The notes under the pieces were generated by a model that worked only from the letters and a program-made list of their open reading frames with translations, ran no database searches and had not been told where the DNA came from. Both the position numbers and the translations under genes were made by a program. A DNA stretch of 9,715 nucleotides from a virus (lineage: Duplodnaviria; Heunggongvirae; Uroviricota; Caudoviricetes): the IMG/VR virus record IMGVR_UViG_2713897054_000020; one strand, given 5' to 3'. Below, in pieces: positions 1-4,420 of the stretch (positions are counted from its first letter, which is position 1; the number at the start of each line of letters is the position of its first letter).

Positions 1-282
1 TTATCGCCGTAACCGCTCCGGCTTCTTCCAGTGGTACGTAATTTTTTCTTTCTCCCGATACAGTTCAACGCGGCGATTGTAGGCCAGCATTTCCAGAACG
101 CGGATCCGTATGTCGCGCATATCCACGCCGTTAAGCTCAATACCGTCACGGCGCATCACCTCAGCAACCACACGCGCATAATTTTCGGCGGTCACGCTGT
201 CCGGCTGCGTGGCCTGTTCGTCAGCCTGCTGGCTGATTCCGGCAACGCGACGGATTAATCGCAGTAGTTCGGCTTCTGTCAT
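1..282 (-). CDS. hypothetical protein (93 aa), gene immediately beyond cos-1
   Basis: Complete minus-strand ORF: ATG at 282-280 preceded by a G-rich SD-like stretch, stop TAA at 3-1 at the window edge. Co-oriented with the rpp-like gene. No motif recognised. Confidence 0.45.
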   Translation of the reverse strand: MTEAELLRLIRRVAGISQQADEQATQPDSVTAENYARVVAEVMRRDGIELNGVDMRDIRIRVLEMLAYNRRVELYREKEKITYHWKKPERLRR

Positions 283-317
283 TGTGCCCCCATCGTTCTG
301 ATAGTCTGGTGTCGTCG

Positions 318-520
318 GGTCCTTCCTGGAATTATGGCCCGTTACGGGGCGGCGACCTCGCGGTTTTTATCTGTTTATGAAAATTTTCCGGCAAAAGTCA
401 GATCCGTTCTTCTTCTCTGTAACAGACTGTTTAAAAATGAAAATATTAAAAAAAGAAAGGATCTGACACGAGGCATTTTAGCCAGAAAATGTCATTATCA
501 GATCCTTTCTCATTTTTGTT
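318..520 (+). other. lambda-type cohesive-end site (cos-1): cosN core plus cosB-like R-site array
   Basis: 339-363 CCGTTACGGGGCGGCGACCTCGCGG matches the lambda cosN region as I recall it (12-nt cohesive end GGGCGGCGACCT = 347-358), followed by TTTATGAAAATTTTCCGG as in lambda. Downstream are three copies of an 8-mer, TCAGATCC at 398-405, inverted GGATCTGA at 459-466 and TCAGATCC at 498-505, with an A-rich tract between them (about 430-455), mirroring the lambda R3-I1-R2-R1 layout. Confidence 0.75.
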
Positions 521-537
521 CAATAATTGCGCGTCTG

Positions 538-1080
538 TTACTCGCCTTTCTTCTGTAGTAACTTCTCCGGTACGTCTCCGGTAGTTTCCATCAGGTAATC
601 AGCCAGTATCTGCGGGAGGTTGTCAGCAACTCCTGCGCAAGCATTACAGGCTTTAACCACTTCCTTTTTAAGTCCATCCAGCATAGCGGGGGTCATCTGT
701 GGGAAGCTCCTTTGCATAGTAAGCGGGAGGCTGTCCATGATTGATGAAATCTGACTCGCCAGTTTTGAAAGCGCGTACATGCAAAACTCTGTATCAATCA
801 CGTCACCGCGATCGCGCTCGTTTTTAAGTTCCTGCGCCTCTGCCTGTGCTGTCAGTAATCTGATCCTGACTCGTAAAAGTTCATCATCATCAATCTCACC
901 TTTGCCGTTTGTAAGCTGGCTAATTGCATTGTTAACCCTATTGTCTATCACGCTGGCAACATCATAAAACGCCTCACGGCCTTTACGCTCAACGGGAGTT
1001 ACTCCCCACTTGTCGAACGCTGTCGCACTTACACGGCAGCTTTTAGCCATGTTTTTTTTGTTCATCAGGTGCGATTTCAT
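538..1080 (-). CDS. small terminase (lambda Nu1) homologue; likely Rpp-type packaging-redirection protein of cos-type PICIs
   Basis: 180-aa ORF. The C-terminal two thirds align with lambda Nu1 (RLLTAQAEAQELKNERD...DTEFCMYALSKLASQISSIMDSLPLTMQRSFP versus Nu1 RLTRAQADAQELKNARD...ETAFCTFVLSRIAGEIASILDGLPLSVQRRFP). The N-terminal DNA-binding region is diverged (NKKNMAKSCRVSATAFDKW versus NKKQLADIFGASIRTIQNW). Flanked by cos sites. The start could be the ATG at 1080 or the in-frame ATG at codon 6 or 11. Confidence 0.85.
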   Translation of the reverse strand: MKSHLMNKKNMAKSCRVSATAFDKWGVTPVERKGREAFYDVASVIDNRVNNAISQLTNGKGEIDDDELLRVRIRLLTAQAEAQELKNERDRGDVIDTEFCMYALSKLASQISSIMDSLPLTMQRSFPQMTPAMLDGLKKEVVKACNACAGVADNLPQILADYLMETTGDVPEKLLQKKGE

Positions 1081-1187
1081 TAATACACCAACTTAATTAC
1101 TGCTTCAGGTTGGTGTATTGCTTGCATCTTTCCCTTTTTATTCATAAAGATAGAGCAAACAACAAAACCACCACCACCACCCTGAAA

Positions 1188-1254
1188 AAGCTCATAAATA
1201 GCGAAAAACCGCGAGGTCGCCGCCCCGTAACGGTCCATATGCCGGAAAGGACCC
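1188..1254 (-). other. second cos-like site (cos-2), inverted relative to cos-1, upstream of the rpp-like gene
   Basis: 1209-1233 CCGCGAGGTCGCCGCCCCGTAACGG is the exact reverse complement of the cos-1 cosN 25-mer. About 65 bp is shared with cos-1 at roughly 85 percent identity, including the flank TTTTTCGCTATTTATGA on the minus strand, which matches lambda. Read on the minus strand the order is cosN, a cosB-like region, then the terminase-homologue gene, i.e. the lambda arrangement. Confidence 0.65.
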
Positions 1255-1256
1255 GT

Positions 1257-1279
1257 AAAAAAAGCCGGATTTCTCCGGC
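1257..1279 (-). terminator. rho-independent terminator after the capsid operon
   Basis: Stem GCCGGA (1264-1269) pairs with TCCGGC (1274-1279) around a 4-nt loop. An A7 run at 1257-1263 gives a U7 tail on the minus-strand transcript. Lies directly after the stop of the 137-aa gene (1285). Confidence 0.6.
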
Positions 1280-1284
1280 CTGTC

Positions 1285-1698
1285 TCAGATGGTTTTCAGT
1301 ATGCGATCGATGTCGCCGTCATCGCCCGGGTTTCTGCCATCGTATGCCATGCCAGCTGATACGGCTTGCGGGCTGTGCATGTCCATAAAGTTTTCAAAGG
1401 CTGCGGTAAGCTCCGGCGCAACCCTCGGACGTTCCTGCTCTATGGTCATGCTAAGGATGCTTTTAGCCGTACCAACATCGATACAAGGCACGTTTGCCAT
1501 TGCACGTAACAGCGGCTGATAGTCGCCAGATTCATCAAGCGCCATAATCGCATCAGCGCGCGGCTTGTCCTGCTCTTCCAGTTTGTTAAGTTGATATATG
1601 GCCTCGTAGGTTGATAACCCTCTGTCAGCCATTGCCCGCGCTTCGGCTTTAAATTTACTCGCCAGCGGTAGCGTCATGATGCTTTCATTCGTTGCCAT
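1285..1698 (-). CDS. hypothetical protein (137 aa), last gene of the capsid operon; possibly an assembly or scaffold-type factor
   Basis: Minus-strand ORF, ATG at 1698-1696, 12-nt gap after the gpD-like gene with a G-rich SD. Acidic, Ala-rich, predicted helical. No motif recognised; the scaffold suggestion rests on position only. Confidence 0.55.
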   Translation of the reverse strand: MATNESIMTLPLASKFKAEARAMADRGLSTYEAIYQLNKLEEQDKPRADAIMALDESGDYQPLLRAMANVPCIDVGTAKSILSMTIEQERPRVAPELTAAFENFMDMHSPQAVSAGMAYDGRNPGDDGDIDRILKTI

Positions 1699-1710
1699 CG
1701 TTCCCCCTGC

Positions 1711-2046
1711 TTATCGGGCCAGCGGCTGAACGGATACGCCAGAACCCGCAAAGGCGGCGCATTTTTTCGCATCGGTGTCGACGCTCTCAGGCCAGTTAAC
1801 GGCGGCAATATTGAATATCCCCGTCTTGTAACACTGTGCTGATTTCTGCTTTGACGTGTCCACAGGATACGAAGTCAGATAAACAGCCTTGCCAGATTCC
1901 TGACCATCCCACGGCTTAAACTCGCCATTGTCCGCCAGCATCAGCGGGGTAAATTCCTGAATAACGCCAGCATCAGCGGCAAAATGTACCAGCGTCGTGG
2001 CGACCTGCTGACTGCCTGCGAATAACTCAATGTATGGAGTGTCCAT
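1711..2046 (-). CDS. head decoration protein, lambda gpD homologue
   Basis: 111 aa, about the size of gpD (110 aa). Blocks TPLMLADNGEFKPWDG and WPESVDTDAKKCAAFAGSGVSV align with gpD TPLMLDTSSRKLVAWDG and [30 protein letters not shown] upstream of ATG 2046-2044. Confidence 0.85.
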   Translation of the reverse strand: MDTPYIELFAGSQQVATTLVHFAADAGVIQEFTPLMLADNGEFKPWDGQESGKAVYLTSYPVDTSKQKSAQCYKTGIFNIAAVNWPESVDTDAKKCAAFAGSGVSVQPLAR

Positions 2047-2057
2047 AGAATCCCCCG

Positions 2058-3113
2058 TTAACCAATTTTGACGGTAACAAATTTGCGAATATCTGCCGGT
2101 ACCGGCTGCGGTGCGCTGTGTGTCTGCACGTACTCAATCGCCGGATCGCCGTCCTCAATCCAGTTTTTCGGGTAGTACATGTTTTGCGTTGCGCCCGTTC
2201 TGACCGCTTCCTGATCCATAATCGCACCATAGGCCACCAGGCCTTTATTGTTGGTGTTACCCAGGACCAGTAAATCAGGCTCAAGGAAATATTTTTCGGT
2301 GCCGTCGCTGTCAGCGTATTTGCCGGAATAGACGATAAGGGCAATATCGCCCAGATAGCCTTTAAAGCTCACCACTTCGCCCAGGTTTTTACAGGCCAGT
2401 TCTGCGGCGGATTCTGAACCACGGGAAAGATCGTACAGCTCACGGAATTTTTTAAAGCTGCGTAACGTGCGCCATACCTCAGCGCCCATAATCATGACGT
2501 TTGCGGGGCAACCAGCCTGATCAGCATAAAGCTCGATGTCATAGATTGGGTCGTGCATCTCTTTATCCTGCTCGGACCATTTTTTACCCTTGGCCTGCTC
2601 TATGATGCAGTTTTCCGGTATTTTCCAGTCTATTTCATAGCGTTCTATGCCTTCGCCCTCAATAATGTTTTTTCCGGTCGTTATCGCATTCACCGCTAGC
2701 CATTCCACGCGCGCTTTAATGGCGTTTACCTGGCGGCGCATGTTGCCAGTAATCAGGCGCATACGTCGGTAGGTAGGGTCGTTAAGCTGTGCCGGATCTT
2801 CTCCAGCCATGCGCATGATGGTTTTTGTTGGATCGATTTCGTGCTTTGGCTTCATGTAGCCAGGTTTAATCGTGCTGGTTTCGTATCCTTTATCGCGCTG
2901 TACCTGGCTGCCAACCATAGGCGAACAAAACGCCGACATGGTGACTTCTTCAATGTCCAGGGTATCCAGCATGATGTTTTGGGTGCTGAATGTCGCCACG
3001 TTCGGGAAAAACAGCGTGGTAAACAGCGGACTGAATTTAAATTCCGCAATATCCCCGCGATTCAGGTACGCAAAAAGCTGGTTAGTGTTAAGTGCCGTTG
3101 CTTTGCCTGCCAT
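2058..3113 (-). CDS. major capsid protein, lambda gpE family
   Basis: 351 aa versus gpE 341 aa. Conserved blocks run across the whole length: EFKFSPLF, PGYMKPKHEIDP, EDPAQLNDPTYRRMR, KGYLGDIALIVYSGKY, LVLGNTNNKGLVAYGAIMD and YPKNWIEDGDPA, against gpE KFKFDPLF, PGYVKPKHEVNP, EDPQNLADPAYRRRR, KGMYGDVAIVVYSGQY, MVLGNTQARGLRTYGCIQD and YPKNWVTTGDPA. The start overlaps the upstream stop (TAATG). Confidence 0.9.
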   Translation of the reverse strand: MAGKATALNTNQLFAYLNRGDIAEFKFSPLFTTLFFPNVATFSTQNIMLDTLDIEEVTMSAFCSPMVGSQVQRDKGYETSTIKPGYMKPKHEIDPTKTIMRMAGEDPAQLNDPTYRRMRLITGNMRRQVNAIKARVEWLAVNAITTGKNIIEGEGIERYEIDWKIPENCIIEQAKGKKWSEQDKEMHDPIYDIELYADQAGCPANVMIMGAEVWRTLRSFKKFRELYDLSRGSESAAELACKNLGEVVSFKGYLGDIALIVYSGKYADSDGTEKYFLEPDLLVLGNTNNKGLVAYGAIMDQEAVRTGATQNMYYPKNWIEDGDPAIEYVQTHSAPQPVPADIRKFVTVKIG

Positions 3114-3319
3114 TATTCACCCCCATAATTTTTATGCATCCCAAGCGCCGCAAGTAAATAAGAGCGCACAAGTGAACCTATCGACGGCTCCGGCGTCATC
3201 AGCGGATCCAGTCCAGCCGCTACGCCAGCCTCATAGTTTTTTTTGTGGCGCTGCTTGAGCACCTCCACGATTTCGGGGCTTATGTACACCGAAACACCGC
3301 CTTTTTTCTCTTCTGCCAT
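3113..3319 (-). CDS. hypothetical protein (68 aa), first gene of the capsid operon
   Basis: Minus-strand ORF with SD AAGAGGAA upstream of ATG 3319-3317. Its stop overlaps the start of the gpE-like gene by one nucleotide, which implies translational coupling. No motif recognised. Confidence 0.5.
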   Translation of the reverse strand: MAEEKKGGVSVYISPEIVEVLKQRHKKNYEAGVAAGLDPLMTPEPSIGSLVRSYLLAALGMHKNYGGE

Positions 3320-3352
3320 AGTCAGAAATTCCTCTTTGACTTAAAAAATCAC

Positions 3353-3403
3353 AACTGGATGTTCATCCAGTTATGATTATAATCATGATTGCATTTTGCG
3401 CAA
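3353..3403 (-). promoter_or_regulatory. putative promoter and operator of the capsid operon
   Basis: Minus-strand -35 TTGCGC (3403-3398), 16-nt spacer, -10 TATAAT (3381-3376). The -10 lies inside a perfect 14-bp palindrome ATGATTATAATCAT (3373-3386). A perfect 20-bp palindrome AACTGGATG-TT-CATCCAGTT (3353-3372) covers the predicted start site and early leader. Confidence 0.4.
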
Positions 3404-3480
3404 TAAAATTGAGTTATGTTGCAAATTATGAAATGATTTACAGCAACAGTAGTCACCATGCTGTTAACCTCGTAAGCAAA

Positions 3481-3520
3481 AGCCCGATAAGCTTCCTCCT
3501 GTACTTATCGGGCTTTTTTT
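3481..3520 (+). terminator. strong intrinsic terminator, plus-strand oriented and possibly bidirectional
   Basis: Stem AGCCCGATAAG (3481-3491) pairs with CTTATCGGGCT (3504-3514) around a 12-nt loop CTTCCTCCTGTA, followed by a T7 run (3514-3520). On the minus strand it is followed by only UUUUGCUU. Confidence 0.55.
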
Positions 3521-3524
3521 GGGT

Positions 3525-3548
3525 ACAAAAAGCCGGATTTTCTCCGGC
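3525..3548 (-). terminator. rho-independent terminator after ssb
   Basis: Stem GCCGGA (3532-3537) pairs with TCCGGC (3543-3548), with an A-run at 3527-3531 giving a U-tail on the minus strand. Almost identical in sequence to the terminator at 1257-1279. Lies directly after the SSB stop (3557). Confidence 0.6.
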
Positions 3549-3556
3549 CTGTGCGT

Positions 3557-3967
3557 TCAGAACGGAATATCATCACCGTAGGGGTCATCGTCTCCCGCTG
3601 GTGGCTGATTACCCTGTGCGCCTGTGGTTTTGCGTCTGTTCCCGCCAGGACGTGCCGCACGGGCACTGATTACGCTGTCTGCAATAACCTGATAACCCTG
3701 CCGCGTTTCCCCGTTCTGTCCGGTCCACTGGCTTATCTGCATCACGCCAGATATGCTGGCAACGTCGCCTTTTTGATGTTTAGCCAGGAAGTCGGCCTGC
3801 TTACCAAATGCCATCACCGATAGCCATAACGTAGCCGTTCCGTCATCTGCCTGGCTGCACGGAAGGGGGACCGCCATACGAGCCAGCGTCATTGGTGTGC
3901 CCTTGCTGGTCTGTTTTACCTGCGGGTCGTCCACCAGCCGCCCGTAAGCGGCTATCTGTGCCGTCAT
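3557..3967 (-). CDS. ssb: single-stranded DNA-binding protein
   Basis: 136 aa. OB-fold core blocks GRLVDDPQ and WLSVMAFGKQADFLAKHQKGDVASISG parallel E. coli SSB GNLGQDPE and [28 protein letters not shown]. Gly/Pro-rich linker and an acidic C-terminal tail ending DDIPF, as in SSB. The ATG overlaps the upstream stop (ATGA). Confidence 0.85.
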   Translation of the reverse strand: MTAQIAAYGRLVDDPQVKQTSKGTPMTLARMAVPLPCSQADDGTATLWLSVMAFGKQADFLAKHQKGDVASISGVMQISQWTGQNGETRQGYQVIADSVISARAARPGGNRRKTTGAQGNQPPAGDDDPYGDDIPF

Positions 3968-4233
3968 ACTGCCCCCTCTCCGGTTTTAACGTTGATGGTT
4001 GTTACCTGTTCCGCTTCGGCAATCTCCCGTTCTGTCAGCGTGGCAAAGTTTGCCGCTGCTGTGGTCATGAATGCGCTTATCAGGTCGGGATGTTCCTTCG
4101 CGTATCCTTCCCCCGCGTGGCGGTCTATTACCCTGATTGCTACCTTTAAGGCGTGCTCTGTCATGTCTAACGCTTTATATTTTGGCTCTGTTCTGTCTCT
4201 GCGCATTTTGGTTATCTCCTCACTCATGCTCAC
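3964..4233 (-). CDS. hypothetical protein (89 aa) between the origin and ssb
   Basis: ORF translationally coupled to ssb through an ATGA overlap. The start is either GTG at 4233 (SD GAGG 6 nt upstream) or ATG at 4227. No motif recognised. Confidence 0.5.
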   Translation of the reverse strand: MSMSEEITKMRRDRTEPKYKALDMTEHALKVAIRVIDRHAGEGYAKEHPDLISAFMTTAAANFATLTEREIAEAEQVTTINVKTGEGAV

Positions 4234-4420
4234 TTTTGCGCCTCACTTTTTAAAGAGTCTCGCTTCGTCTCACTTGATATTTTTGATGTTTTTATGTGCA
4301 TGTTTCATAAGGATTTTTTTACTCCTCACTTTTTGGGGTATATATACGTTGAAAAGTGAGGAGTTCAGGGGGTTTTTCGTTCAATTACTCATTGTCCTCA
4401 CTTTTGCGCCTCACTTTTTA
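4229..4420. repeat. putative replication origin: iteron array with an AT-rich inverted-repeat core
   Basis: Two perfect 24-bp direct repeats CTCACTTTTGCGCCTCACTTTTTA at 4229-4252 and 4397-4420. The sub-motif CTCACTT(TT) occurs at least six times on the plus strand and once inverted. A 12-bp inverted repeat CTCCTCACTTTT (4322-4333) / AAAAGTGAGGAG (4351-4362) flanks the AT-rich spacer TGGGGTATATATACGTTG. Sits immediately 3' of the replication helicase gene. Confidence 0.6.

Noticed and set aside
334-558. 74-aa plus-strand ORF over cos-1
   Set aside because: It covers the cosN and R-site array, whose sequence conservation is explained by DNA-level function. No SD.
1110-1388. 92-aa plus-strand ORF over cos-2 and the terminator
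   Set aside because: It runs through a terminator hairpin and the cosN core and is antisense to the 137-aa gene. Judged spurious.
2841-3258. Plus-strand ORFs of 95 and 128 aa antisense to the gpE-like gene
   Set aside because: Fully contained within a strongly supported capsid gene on the other strand; no SD; the composition reflects reverse-frame codon bias.
4229-4420. Possible CRISPR array, given the identical 24-bp repeats
   Set aside because: Only two full copies, 168 bp apart, with internal sub-repeats and an AT-rich inverted-repeat core. No cas genes. Fits an iteron origin far better.
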